Assembly: GCF_025526975.1 (NCBI RefSeq)
Contig: NW_026515668.1
Location: 248,001 to 312,000 of the forward strand
From: Fimicolochytrium jonesii
Taxonomy: Eukaryota
Reading direction: 5' to 3'
DNA: 64,000 nt
In this document: in pieces, positions 35,660 to 49,233 of the stretch
How the letters are laid out: every line of letters starts with the position of its first letter
How positions within the stretch are numbered: position 1 is the first letter of the stretch
The notes under the pieces: model-generated
The model's database searches: none
Told to the model about the DNA's origin: nothing
Seen by the model: only the letters and a program-made list of their open reading frames with translations
Translations under genes and position numbers: made by a program

Positions 35660-38095
35660 ATGGAGACCAAAACTGCAAATGCACACAAGAGCAAAGCCTC
35701 ACTGGGTCCCACCCAATCGCTGGGCAAACTCGCGGGGGGTGGAAAAAGCCAAAAACGTTGGGCACCTCTTTCGGTGTTGCTGGAGCTCGGAATCATAGGC
35801 ATCTGCGTAGTCTGCCTTTCCATCGGCAACACCGGATATCTGTCGCTGAGCACGGTGCCGCAGACCAATGGGCATTGGACCCTTTGGTCAGAGAGTTCCA
35901 TAACCTTTGGATATGGAATAGTGGTGCAGATAGCCCTTCTCGGTCCTCTTCAACTTGGTCGAAAGATTTCGCAACACTGGCTAGCTTCGAAAATTGTCTC
36001 GAAGGGCATAAAGTTTCGTCAGATGGTTACCGCATGGTCCGTCATCTACTGCAACTCCCATCGTGGCGTGGAGGATATTTGGAGAGGATGGAGCGCCATT
36101 ACATTCTTCATGCTCGTCGTATATGTGGCGGAAGTGATTGTCATCGGTATTTCTTATGCCTGCCGTAGAATTCCTCAAGGAAATTTTGGTGTTGGGCTCA
36201 TCACATGTTCCGCTCTGTCAGGTTCCATCGGTTCGTTGTATAGGAAAGAGCCGTTGACTGCAGTCCGTTTTCAGACGAGTTTGCCGTTGCTTGGGCCTTA
36301 TCAAAGTAATCGGACAACGATATCCGCGGCACCTCTCGTCACCCGGATGGCGCAAAAGTAAATAACAATCCACTTTTTCAAACGCCATGTGGTATCTAAC
36401 GGACTTTGGCTCCAGAACAATTCTGGGTCTTGGTCAACTTTACGATCCACTGACGCTTTCCGGGCTCGTCATCGCAAATGGGACGGGATCCGCGTGCGAG
36501 AGCACCACTTGCACCGCTGAATCATCTGTGATACTGTCTCCACTCACCGCCCCGACGGCAGCATCGGAAAGTTTTGGGGACCACCCTTGGCCTGCCCCGT
36601 GGGACACTCTAGGCCGAAACGACCGTGTAGTTGGGGAGTTCTCTTCCCTTACTGCTGATGTCTCATGCTCGCCGAAAGCTTTCGAAGTCGTTGCAGACCC
36701 TCAGATGTGCATTGACCGAAGTTGTTACATATACTATACGGTCAATGCTTCAGGTACCTCAATGTTCTACAACATCTACTCCCTCGACACTCAGTTCAAG
36801 GTGGGCACGCAAGTCTCCCTGATAGCATTGTATGCGGAGGAGGTCGGCAAGTACGGGCGGATAGCTACTATCGACGACAGGCTGTACTTTGGGGTTCTCG
36901 TGAACAGTCTGAATGGGACTGAGTTTGCAAACATGAACAACGGCTACTCGAGAATAGCCGATGCCGAAGCGCATCCCAACACGACGGTTTTCTTTAGCTT
37001 CGCCCTTTGCAGCGCCGGTTTTAAGATTGGAAGGGAGGTCGCGACCATGGAGGTATGTCACCGTGTGTGCGACACAGATCAAGAAATGTGGAGTCGATGT
37101 TCCGAGTGGCGTGAATGCTCATCTGTGCATCCACATCCTCAGGTTGTATCCGTGGTCCCCTCGTTGAAAGCTTCGATTTCCGGCTCACGAAGATCACGGG
37201 AGCCCGAGACATACAGGATTTCCGACGACACCGGGGGGTATGGCCTCGCTCGATACGTATATGAAGTCTTGACGCACATAACGTGTGACACGCTGCTGTG
37301 TTCAATCTTCGAGAATGAAGTCCCTTGGTTTGACCCGCTTATTGGATTATTGAAAGTCGACGCGGCAGGCAAGGCTATTGTCGATCCGGCGAATCAGGTC
37401 CGGATCTGCTGCGAAGTGTACCACCGTACGACACATTGACCAATACATGTCCAATCCCGCAGATGCAGATGATTTCAGCAGCCGTCGCACGTCTTCTCGC
37501 GCTCTCCGCCGCCTCCTTCACGACAAATGTGATAGATCCCGCAACCACTCTTCCCGCCGTGACAACGTGCGAGGTCTATTCAGACGAAATCAGCTACGAT
37601 ATCTACAACGCACGTGTCATGAATGGTGTGCTCACTGTAGGCCTCACATGTGCTTGCGTGCTTCTCATTTGGGACCCGATAATGAAAATCTGGACCATAT
37701 TCGCCAAGGATGAGACCACGGCGAAGAAGGTAAGAAGGCGAAGAAGGCCGGGAAGGGTGAGTCCGAAGACATATTCTGGGAGCCAAATCTATTGACACGA
37801 GTTTCCCGGGCCTTAGAAAGCGATAGTAATTGGCATGACCGAGAGCATTTATGTTTTGCTCAAAGGCCTTGCGCCTAGCAGCACCTTATACTCGCTGATG
37901 CCCGAAATGTCCGAATCAACGCCTGAGGACGCCCGAAAAGCAATCGGTGGACATCTGCTCGAGCTGAAATCAAACAATGCTGGGCTCACCGCAAGATTGT
38001 TAGATGAACGTCAGCGCAATCTGAAAATGACAAAGGAGTTGAGGGAGGAAGATGGAGAGAGCGGTGACGCATATCATGCCGATCGCAGCGCATAG
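35660..38095 (+). CDS. Uncharacterised multi-pass membrane protein with a large Cys/N-glycan-rich extracellular region; multi-exon
   Basis: Consecutive ORFs (35660, 36387, 37436, 37835) are joinable by GT-AG introns. About 3 N-terminal hydrophobic helices, many NxS/T sites, and a C-terminal TM VLTVGLTCACVLLIW. Confidence 0.7.
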
Positions 38096-38979
38096 GAGAC
38101 TAAGGTTCTGAAGGAATGTATTTACTGGGCCGTCCTGATCGACAGAGTAGCGAGACGGGACGCCCCTTAGAAATAAATCATTTTCTTACAATGCGGGATG
38201 TAGGACTTGGATGCGATATCGATGGTGGCACCCTATTTTCTGAGAAGCATTGATGGTCACGTCTTTGACGGCACCCTTCGACAGCGCGTGCCACACTCCG
38301 ACTGTATGCTACAGGAGCGAGCTGTGTGTTAATCCGAGCCTTTCACATGAACTAAAAATGAGAATCTGCTCTGGACGAGGAACTCAGTCCTCTACAGTAT
38401 ATGGACGAGGAGGAGGTTGCTGAATGCCGCTGGCGAAAACACAAGTGGGGAGGAGAGCCTGGGGAGGAGAGCGAACGTGAGTTCAGGTCTCCTTTTTTTG
38501 CGATTAGATGCGCTAGGTAAAAACCCAAACCGGGAGCCGCTCGCTAGAGCGACTTCCGGGAAATCCCCTTTCTGTTTTCATAAGATAGAAATCACCATGG
38601 AAACCAGCTTTCGACGTACCTGTGTCAGGAAGGATCGAATTGATAGAATCAAAGTGCAATGTCGTGAACAGAGTGTGCGCTTAGTCTGTTTTTGTTCCAA
38701 GATCTGTGCAATCGAGTGAAAAAGAGATAAAGGGAAAGGGCTACACGCAATCTATTATTTATACGCTCGAGAAGAACAATAGAGAAGCTTACTTACGCAA
38801 CCTCCGAACGGAGTCCGTCTAGCTGGGATCATTGGGATGGCAGACCAGACTACTACAAACTATATATATACGGGATGAGATGAACGGAAATGAAAAACTA
38901 GAAAGTACTACAACAAACTTAATGCAAATGCTTCCTATCACATGCATACGGATGGAAAACTATTACTCCGTATGTATCA

Positions 38980-40142
38980 TCAGCTGAGGGTTTCCATAGA
39001 CTCTGCAGACTCCGCTTCGGCAGGCTCGTCCCCCACGACGGGTGCCGGCTCGGTGGTTTCTCCAGCCACGGCAGTCGGGGCCGACGTTATAGCAGCAGGC
39101 TCCCCGGGCACAGGCCCCCTCAGGTGTTCCTGTCTTCCCCGCTGTCTTTCCATCTCAATCTCCGCTGGTTAGTGGATCCCAACTCGCTCTTTCAGAGGCA
39201 CCCCTTTCGGCTCTGGACAGGTGTGGGAAGGAGGTGTGACGATATCCTCTGTAGGTTCAAACTCGGTGTCGGGGAGTTCCTGCGTAGGCTTGCTTGTTGC
39301 CGTGTCCACTTTCTGACTGCCCCGTGTTCCACACATTGTCCGCTTCTTGGGCTCCGCTCGTTGTGGGTAACTTTTATTTGCAACGTCCCTTCGCAAGGAG
39401 CTTGGATGTGCAGGCGCGGGTTGCCGCTCGGTTTCGCCCCAGATATTGAGGTCGTTGAGGTGACCAGCTTGCAGCTGCTCAAGGTGGGATGTCAGGGAAA
39501 CATCTGTTTGAGCTTGCCCATCACGGTCGGTAGGGAAGGCAACCCGTAGCCCAATCCCCTCATCAGAGACAAAGTGGTGGTGGTCAAAGGGCAGATCAGC
39601 AGTGCCTCCTGCTTTATCCATGTGTGAGATGGCCAAGCTCGTTGGCGAACCGCTGGCACCTTTTTGAATGGTAGGGGCAGTATAACCCGCCAGACAAGGG
39701 AGCCATCCTCCGAGCGCGTAAAGCCCATCGATGCAGGAATAAAGAGGTCGTGTGGAAACTCGAGGTGAATGGCCCGATTGAATGAGACCTGTGTCGCCAT
39801 GTGGGCCGGGCTCAGTTGAATCAACGGTGCGCGCTCGGGAGGGGGGCCCTCGCCCTTGTCGCCGGAGCCTCGAGGTGGGCGCTGGGTTTCCTTGGATTTT
39901 TCAGTTGCATTTTTCTCTGGGGGGCGACCCGTTTCTTCCCAACCTTGGGTTTGCCAGTCAGCACCGTAAACTTCGCTTGTCTTCCCCTTCCCCGTTGTTC
40001 CTTTGAGAGGAAGTTGGGGTGGATGGGAACGTTTTTGCCGCCCGCCCGTTACCCAGTCGCCGGAACGCGCCAATTCTAGAAGGTCCCCACATTCCAGAGC
40101 TTCACCACCCTGTTCACCACCCAAGGCGCAGCTTGCTGCCAC
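38980..40142 (-). pseudogene. Disrupted intronless ORF (possible transposon or host-gene relic)
   Basis: ORFs 39492..40142 and 39169..39636 overlap in different frames. The frame continues past a TAA at 39169 (ERVGIH*PAEIEMERQ...SMETLS*) to TGA at 38980. Confidence 0.45.
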
Positions 40143-40160
40143 CTGACGGAGGATTCGGAC

Positions 40161-40190
40161 CCTCGCGATCGTTTAACCTCGCGATCGTTT
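40161..40190. repeat. 14-bp direct repeat x2 (16-bp period)
   Basis: CCTCGCGATCGTTT at 40161 and 40177. Confidence 0.8.
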
Positions 40191-40523
40191 CCTGACGTGA
40201 TTCTCGCCCTTCGGTCGTCGCTGGGTCTAGAGCGTTTTCCACCGGAGCGTTTAAAAGCTGGCCGGTGTTGGATCAGGCTCCTGCTTCTGAGAATCGACTC
40301 GCTTTAGGCCAGTCACCTCTTCGGTGCCTTCAACTTCCTTCCACCCATCACGTAGACATTTTACATCATACAATAAGCAGTGCAGCCAGCGTGGCATACA
40401 TTCCTTGACTCGAGATTCGATTCGCGAACATAACGAAGCATCGCCAAGTAGCTACAAGCCCCAGAGCGAGCGTCCGCCATACGCATTAGAACGTCTTACT
40501 ACGAACAAAGAAGGATCCAAAAC

Positions 40524-41372
40524 ATGGTTCTACCACTCGGCACTCCCGGCGCCGATGCCATCTACTATCATGTGATGTGCTTCGTCTTTGTTGTGCTACT
40601 CATGTGCCTCTCAATCCAACTCCACGGAAGCCATGGCACGGCTGCGATGAAGATTTTGCTCCTTCAGAACGCAAGCGCTGCGCTGTATTTCGCCACCCGC
40701 TTCATAATTGTTGGCCAAGGCCATGACCCGCTATGCGGCGGGCTCACGCTGCTGGCCGGCGCGGGATTCTGGTACTCCTCGCTCGGTTTTTACTATATCA
40801 TCATCACGCAAAAGACGAGGGCATTATTACGGGCAATGTTTCCGGCCGTCAACGCGAAAGTTTTTATCGCATATCAAGTGACGCTACTGACCATGTACGT
40901 AGTCAACGTGGCATGGGCATGTGCGTTGGTCAAGATTGAGCAATGCAGCACCGTCTGGGGCGGCCTGAACATCGACTTCATCTTCACCATCGTCATCCAA
41001 GTCCTCCTCCTCACCGCGGAGTTGATCATCTACTACAAGCTGTCCACAGGCCCATTAAAAGGGAGCAAATGGACGCCGCTGCAGAAGGAGTATCTCCACG
41101 GCGCGATTGCCCTCATGGTCTTTCTGATCACATCCAACATACACATATACTATAATTGGATAGCCACGGTCACGTATTCGCTCTGGTATATCCAAGCCGC
41201 CTGGTTTTCGTACGTCTCGTACTCGACGATATGGACGCTGAATGCAGCGAAATCCGCCGGCTTTCGGACGGAGTTCCCGGTGTCGCCGAAGGGCACCGAA
41301 GGTCCGACAGAGTTTTTCAGCGACCCTGCGATGCCCACGTCAGCACGTACTCTTCCCGCAACCACTGTGTAG
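40524..41372 (+). CDS. Orphan seven-transmembrane (GPCR-like) protein, intronless, 282 aa
   Basis: About seven hydrophobic segments with short loops; Cys at the top of TM3 (HDPLCGG) and in ECL2 (IEQCST); basic residues after TM3 (QKTRALLR); S/T/P-rich C-tail. Confidence 0.75.
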   Translation: MVLPLGTPGADAIYYHVMCFVFVVLLMCLSIQLHGSHGTAAMKILLLQNASAALYFATRFIIVGQGHDPLCGGLTLLAGAGFWYSSLGFYYIIITQKTRALLRAMFPAVNAKVFIAYQVTLLTMYVVNVAWACALVKIEQCSTVWGGLNIDFIFTIVIQVLLLTAELIIYYKLSTGPLKGSKWTPLQKEYLHGAIALMVFLITSNIHIYYNWIATVTYSLWYIQAAWFSYVSYSTIWTLNAAKSAGFRTEFPVSPKGTEGPTEFFSDPAMPTSARTLPATTV

Positions 41373-42057
41373 TAGTATGAGGAGGAGATGGGGTTGTATT
41401 TTTACGAACAAAAGTGCACAAAACGTCTCAAGAAGCTGCTCCGACTCACACACAATATGTTGATGGCCCCAACATTATTTCCGTTGACCCCACATAGTGC
41501 CGAGGGGAATGGGTTAGACGGCCGATGGATCTAGAAGTTGTCCCACCCACGATTATACGCGGAATTATAGATCGCACGTAAATAGAATCTCGCAGGCCGT
41601 CGCTGGGTCGGTCTGTCTGGGATCTATGCTTCGCGCTGTCGAATTGATTACGAATGCCGGCTGTATTATATACCGCAATCACGTGAACTGACTTTTGGCA
41701 GCCGCACGGAGGCTTTGGCCATTGGTTGATGTGCTTGGGACGCGGTCGCATCCATCCAGCGGCGTGTCGTCTCTGAGACCAAAATCATCACAGGTCAATG
41801 GAAACCACTCCGCCAACTGCTCCAACTGCCCATGGCAAAGACATACCACATAAATCTTCAGCATACTCAGCATCCTTTCTCACTGTCCGAGGTCGACGAG
41901 CACTAACCCTCGGAGTTCCCCGGAGTGGTCTGTTTAGAGCAGGGATCTATCGGTCAAGTCGCAACTTCTGGGTTGCCCACCTAGAACGAGGCTCACCGGC
42001 CGCATTTGACATCTTTATACCAATCTGCATAAAGCGTCGGCGAATTGCGATACAACA

Positions 42058-45000
42058 ATGGCGGAGAAGGCCTTGGAGGTTTACACAAAGGGGAGCGAGG
42101 CATGGTTCCCCGACGAGAAAGAAGGATGGGTCATGGGAAAGCTCACAACCAGGGTTATCGCCGATGACGCTGTCAAACTCGGTTTCCACATAGATTCCTT
42201 GGGAAAGGTATGAGTATATGATTATTTTGAGTCTCTGCCTTTGCTCTTTCTCTCTGGGTCCATCGGAAGGCTTCAGCAGCAGGACGAACTGTTGACATTC
42301 TCCTCACTCCTACATTAGGACGTGATAGTTGAGACGACAAAAACGAAGCTCAACGACACCAAAGCCGCAGACCTTCCGCCATTACAGAACCCTCCTGCTT
42401 TAGACGGCATTGACGACTTGGCTTTCCTATCATATCTTCACGAGTAAGTTCAATATCTACTCTGTTCCGAAAGCTGATGGAGCCTCTGACTCTTCGTCCC
42501 TCGTCCAGACCCGCTGTTCTGCATAACATCCGATTACGTTACCTCCAGCAAAACATCTACACATACTCCGGGATAGTTTTGATTGCTATGAATCCTTTCG
42601 CAAAGGTTCCACTTTATGGCCAGGACGTCATGAGGGAGTACTCTGGGAAGCGAAGGGAGGAATTAGAACCACACTTGTTTGCTGTTGCGGAAGAGGCGTA
42701 CAGGAGCATGATTCAGGATAAAAAAAATCAGTCCATCATCGTCAGTGGAGAGTCAGGTGCTGGAAAAACACAGAGCGCAAGATACATCATGCGTTACTTT
42801 GCTACGGTGGAAAGCGCAGGGGCAAGTTCTGGCGAAAGTGAAGTGGAGCGGTCTGTGCTGGCTACGAATCCCATTATGGAGGTATGTCGCCTAAAGAAGA
42901 CTCATTCAGTTCGGCATGGACATTTGAAATGCGTCGAAACGAACTTCTGCTGACAAGAAGTCTCCGATAGGCATTCGGAAACTCGAAAACCACACGTAAC
43001 GACAACTCGTCTCGTTTCGGAAAATACATGGAGATTCTGTTCTCGACCCCTACAGAGAAGAACCCATCGGTTCGGATTACCGGAGCCAAGATCCGAACGT
43101 ACTTGTTGGAGCGGTCTAGGTTGATTTTCCAGCCTGCCACAGAGAGGAACTACCACATTTTCTATCAACTCTGCGCGGGTGCTCCTGCTGCTGAGCGGAA
43201 AGATCTCGGTCTGGGATCTTGGGAATCTTTCTTCTACCTGAATCAGGGTGGAATGGGGACTATTCCTGGCGTAGATGATGCGGCGGAGTTCGTGGAGACG
43301 TCGAAGGCTTTGTCGGATGTTGGAATCTCTCTGCAAACGCAATGGTAGGTGAAAGCTTCCTTCTTGGAGAGGTACGTTTATTTGGCTCATCTCGATTATA
43401 TCTACAGGGCGATTTTCAAGATCTGTGCAGCATTGCTTCACATGGGAAATATTAAAATTGAGGCCAAACGTGACGAATCGCATATTGCCGACGACGATGC
43501 CGCCATGCAGATGGCGACCTCTCTTCTGGGCGTAGATGTGAAAGAGTTCAAGAAATGGATCACAAAGAAGCAGATCATCACCCGTTCCGAAAAGATCGTC
43601 TCCAACGTGAACCAATACCAAGCGGTCGTGGGCCGTGACTCCGTCGCCAAATTCATCTACTCCATGCTCTTCGACTGGCTCGTCAAGGTCATCAACGTCA
43701 ACCTGGCCAAGGAGGGAGTCGAGGACAACCAGCGGTTCATCGGTGTCCTGGATATCTACGGGTTCGAGCACTTCAAGAAGAACAGCTTCGAGCAGTTCTG
43801 TATCAACTACGCCAACGAGAAGCTGCAGCAAGAGTTCAACGCTCATGTTTTCAAATTAGAGCAGGAGGAGTACGTTGCGGAGAAGATCAACTGGTCTTTC
43901 ATCGACTTCAACGACAACCAGCCTTGTATCGACTTGATTGAGGGCAAGCTCGGCATCCTCGATCTTCTTGATGAAGAGTCGAGGTTGCCGTCAGGCGCTG
44001 ACCAGTCGCTCATCACCAAATTGTATCAGCGATTCGCGGTCCCGACGCAGAAGTTCTTCGAGAAGCCGCGGTTTGGACAAAGTGCGTTCACGGTTAAGCA
44101 TTATGCTACGGACGTCGTTTACGACATTGATGGATTCATCGAGAAGAACAAGGATACCGTTTCTGACGAGCAGATGGCGGTGCTGAACTCGTCGGCGTTT
44201 GACTTTTTGAAGGAAGTCATTAAAATTGAGGAGCCCCCGGTATCGGATGTCGCGTCGCCGCCACGTCCTGGACGTGGAGGAGCCTCGTCGATGAAGAAGC
44301 CAACACTCGGATCCATATTCAAAGGTTCCTTGGTCAAGCTGATGGAAACCATTCGGCAAACAGAAGTCCACTACATTCGTTGCATCAAGCCAAATATGGC
44401 GAAAACGGCGTTTACGTTCGAGCCCATCCCCGTACTCCAGCAATTGCGGGCTTGTGGTGTCTTGGAAACGATCCGTATCAGTTGCGCGGGTTATCCATCG
44501 CGTACAGGCTATGAGGATTTCGCGGACCGGTACTACCTCCTAGTACCTTCGAACCAATGGTCGCCCAACCCGAACCAGCTGACGGAAGCGATCGTCAAGA
44601 AAGTCATTAATGACGACGACAAATACCAGATGGGTCTGACCAAAGTCTTTTTCCGCGCGGGACAAATGGCCTTCCTGGAGAAACTGCGTACTGAACGACA
44701 ACGCGCGTGCGTCATCATGATCCAGAAGAACGTCCGTGCCGCCATCTACAGGCGGAAGTACCTGCGCATGCGTGCCGCGGCAATCACGATCCAGAAACAC
44801 ACCCGCGGGCATCTCGCCCGCAAGCAGTACAAGGACATGCGGGAGACGCGCGCGGCGATCAAGATCCAGAAGAACGTGCGGGCGTGGTTGGCACGCAAGC
44901 GGTTCAACAGGTTCCGCGATGCGGCCATCAAGATCCAGAGCACGTACCGAATGGCCCGCGCTCAATCCGAGGCCAAGGCGCTCAGGAGTCTTCGCGCTGC

Positions 45001-47287
45001 GATTATCATCCAGAGAGTGTACAGGGGCTACAGCGCGCGCAAAGCATACAAAGCGTCCAAAGCGCGTATGGTGCTGATCCAGAGCTGTTTCCGCCGTCGT
45101 ATTGCGATCAAGGAGATGAAGGTCCTAAAGGCCGAGGCGCGGTCTGTGGGCAAGCTCAAGGAGACCAACTACAAGCTCGAAGGCAAGGTGGTCGAGCTGT
45201 CGCGCACGCTTGCGGAGCGCAACGAGGAAACCGCACGGAACGCGGAAAAGATCACGCATTTGGAGGACCAGGTCCGTGTATGGAAGGAACGGTTCGAAAA
45301 GTCCGACGCTGTCAACAAGGGCGCGGCTGCCAAAACCGAGGAAGGAAGCGCAGAGCTCAGGAACGAGCTTGTTGCGGTCAAGGCTGATAAGGAGAAGGCG
45401 GAGAAGGAGCTCGAGAAGCTTGGAGTAATGATGAAGCGAAGAGACGAGAAGATCGAGAAGCTGGAGGAGTCGGCGAAGCTCCTGAAGGAGGAGCTGGCCA
45501 AGGCAAAGGCGGAGAAGTCGGTGCCCGTCATGAAGAAGGAGGACGAAGAGGCCTACATGGCCTTGAAGAAGGAGGTTGTCGTTATGAGGGAGCAGATGGC
45601 ACGGCTACTTGCTGGCAAGTACCGGGCCGATCGCGTTGCAGACTCGATGTTGGCTGCCTCGTTGAGCCCGACCGACGGCCCAGCAACCGCTAGCGGATCG
45701 CAACCGTACCCGTTGGAAAACACAAAGTCGGCCGTCAACATGCAGATCGAGATGGACATGGCTGCCGCTGCCGCCAAAGCTCGCCCACGGCGGCACAGCT
45801 TTGGTGAAGGCGCCCAGTCCCCCGTTCTCGAGCCGCCGCCACCTGCCGCTACGGGTGAGATGACGCCTCGCAAGACCCGCACCAACATGATCATCGACAC
45901 CGCTTTCGCAAACGGCGGCATGAACTCCACCGGCCCGATGTCTGCTGGCGCCGGCGTGATGCTGGAAGCCGAACGCTCCGTGCGCATCTTGGAAGAGAAA
46001 GCGCTGGAAGACGAGATCATCGACGCGCTGGTAACGAACCTCCGCATCCCGCTCCCATCCACCCAGACCGTCGCTACACGCAAAGAGATCTTCTTCCCCG
46101 CCCACCTCATCGGCTGCACCATCGTGCAGATGCTGCGCAACGACCTAGCCACCCGCATGCTGAGCCTCATGACCAACGTGATGAAGGCGATCCAGAACCT
46201 GACCATGAAGTTCGAGGACGACTACGTCTCCGCCTTCTGGCTGTCTAACTGTTACGAACTCCTCTGCGTTGTGCGGACGACCCGCGAACGTGAGCGCGCG
46301 AAGGCACGGACCAGGCCCAGCGGCGAAACCGGGGAAGCGGAACGCGCCCTCGACAAGGTGTTGAACGATCTCGACTACCTCCTCATCGAGATCTACCACG
46401 GCTGGATCAAGGAGTTGAAAAAACGGCTCACCAATATGATCACGCCCGCCGTCATCGAAAACCAGTCCCTGCCCGGCTACATCTGCAAGCAGTCCGGCGG
46501 GCTGTGGGGCAAATGGGGCAAATCGTCCTCGGCGTCGCAGTTCACCATTGAGCAGTTGCTGAATTTCTTGTCGAAGTTGAGCAAGACTATGCGGTGCTAT
46601 TATATGGAGGACACGATGACCCGGCAGATTCTGACGGAGCTGTTGAGGGTTGTTGGTGTGAGCGCGTTCAACCATCTGCTGATGAGGAAGAACTTTTGCA
46701 CGTGGAAGCGGGGGGTGCAGATTCAGTATAATGTTAGCCGGTTGGAGGAGTGGTGTACGAGTCATGGGATTGCTGAAGGTGGGTTTCTTCGCTCGGTTCC
46801 TATGAAAGAATTCGTTCTCGTATGTTGACTTTGCTGCATTACCTATCTTTAGCGACACTACATCTTCAACAACTCCTCCAAGCCGCCAAACTCCTCACCC
46901 TCAACAAGACCTCGCCACAAGACATCGAGACCATATTCGACGTCTGTTTCCTCCTCAACCCCACGCAAATCAAGAAGCTGCTCTCCCTCTACTACGCCGC
47001 CGATTTCGATTCACCGGTATGCCTTCCCCTATTAGTCTACAACCCTTGCTTTCAACTCTGCAACTCACCGCATTTTCTTTCTGTACCCGCAGTTATCACC
47101 GGAACTCCTCAAAATCGTCGCCTCAAGAGCCGTCCTGAACGAGAAATCAGACATACTACTCCTAGACCTCGAACAGGCGCCCGATTTCGTCAAGCCGGCG
47201 TCGAAACCGGTCGACACGATCGAGCGGTTCGTACCGACGTGGATGAGTTTGCCGAATATTACGACGGTTGTCTCGAGCGCCAATTGA
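42058..47287 (+). CDS. MYO2: Class V myosin heavy chain
   Basis: [20 protein letters not shown]-loop, [25 protein letters not shown], about 6 IQ motifs, coiled coil, DIL domain ([29 protein letters not shown]). Confidence 0.97.
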
Positions 47288-47737
47288 AGACACGCGGGTG
47301 TCACATTTTGCGACAAACAACGACAATACTTCCCGATGAGACCTTAGATGTGCCCAAAAGCATTTGGACGAGGCGTAGAAAATTTTCGTCATACTCATCT
47401 CACTATTCCTGTTCCCCTTTCCCTCATTACCCGATCACGACGTTACGCTTTCCGATGGGACTAATTACGGTCTCATGGAGCCATCGACTTGGAAGAAGAT
47501 AGCTAGCGTAGCAAACATGTATCTATCTGCCGCGTTTACATCTGGCAGGCATCCCCCTCATGTAGTTTTCGTTCCCTTCTCATCACGTTTATACTCATAT
47601 CCCCACCCCTCATCGCTTTTGCAATAATCATCTCAAACGATACATGTGCATCCATCTGAACGTCGGGTTTATTTCCCACCATCAAAAGCGGCTGGCAAGC
47701 CCCCATCACAAATGTACACCATCCTCAAAACACCTCC

Positions 47738-48726
47738 CTACTTCTCCAACATAATAGCCAGAAAATCCGCATACCCAATCCTCCCATCCCCATCCGCATC
47801 AAACTCTTTGATCATATCCTTCAACGTCTCCCTATTCCTCCTGGGATCCTCCTCGCTCAGATCAGGGTACAAAGCGCGCATCATAGCGTCCAGATCCTCG
47901 AGATCGATGAAACTGTCGGCGTTGAGATCGAGCGATTCGAAGGCTTCGTGGATCTGTTCGTCGGTTTCGAGGCCGTCGCGGATCATCCATTCGTGGGACA
48001 TTTGGAGAAACTCTTCGAATTCGACTAAGGGGGATGGGGTGGTGAGATGGTTGAGGAGGGTGGGGTGGAGGGTGGTGAGAATGTTTATGTATGTGTTACC
48101 TGTTCCGGTATGGTCCGCATCGACTTTTTCGATCATGGACATGATTTCGTCTTTCGTGGGTTGGAGACCGATGCTGTGCATCACGGCGTCGAGCTCTTCG
48201 ATGTCGATTGCGCCGGATTTGTCGCGGTCGAAGAGTGTGAAGGCCTATAGTGCCACACCGCTCGTCAATACCGTTCCTAGAGCTGAAGTCAATGAATGCG
48301 TCCCTACCTCACCTCCTTATAATACTCATACTCATCATCAGTAACCCAGAAAGTCTTCCCGTCCGCCGCCGTAACCTGTCTCCTCCCACCTTCACTCTTC
48401 GTCACCGCCGTCACAGCCTGCGGTCTATCCACCGCCGGCAACAGCTGCCTCCCCGGCGCATTCGGGTCCGCTGATCCAATCGGTGTGTGACGCTTGCTTT
48501 TCGCCGAACCCGGTGCCGAAAGGGGCATGCCGCTCCCGCTTCGGCCAAAGAACTGGATGGACGTGCGGCGTTTGGAGCGGGCGGAGTGGTTGCGGTCGAG
48601 GAGGGAGGAGGTGGGCCGGAGGTTGCGGGGGGTTGATGTTGAGGGGCGGGCAGGGGAGGAGGAGGTGCGGTGATCTGAGGATGCGGATTGCGGTGGACCT
48701 GCGCGACTGACTCGTATGGACTCCAT
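47738..48726 (-). CDS. Calmodulin/centrin-like four-EF-hand protein with a long basic N-terminal extension; 3 exons
   Basis: EYYKE|AFTLFDRDKSGAIDIEEL, DADHTGT|VEFEEF, DLNADSFIDLEDL, DADGDGRIGYADF. Confidence 0.85.
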
Positions 48727-49233
48727 TGTTGCTGAGCGAGGGGTTTGAGCCCTGCGTCCTGGGAGGAGGCTTTGGGAAAAGGGATATGTGCGTTAAGAGT
48801 GCTTTCAAGTAAGAATTGATTGTGGGTGGTTTCCGTGGGAAGTACTCGCTATTGATCTACGTCGGAGGAGAAAGGGTGCGAGGAAGGAATTCTGACAGCG
48901 CGAACTGACGGGATGGTTACGTCGGGAGCTAATTAAACTGTGTCCACGTCACGTGTCAATGAGAGCTTTTGAATTCGGGGATTCCGAGAACTCACCTGCG
49001 GAGGTTTGCAGCATTGCACGCCGGTTGTTCTCCATTCACACCCCATCCACAGCAAACGTAAGTACACAGAGAAGATCTGTTAAACCTCAGTGACTGTATA
49101 GGCAATTCAAGCGCATTTGGAGCTCCCGGCGTTTCCTGATCACTTCTCCCGTGTCGACACTGCGATCACGATTTATCCCACTTCCTCTTTAACCCCCTTC
49201 TCTAACAATTCACCAGGACTGCCTTCCGAAAAG

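Noticed and set aside
40524..41372. 7TM protein as a rhodopsin
   Set aside because: No retinal-binding Lys within helix 7 and no microbial-opsin motifs.
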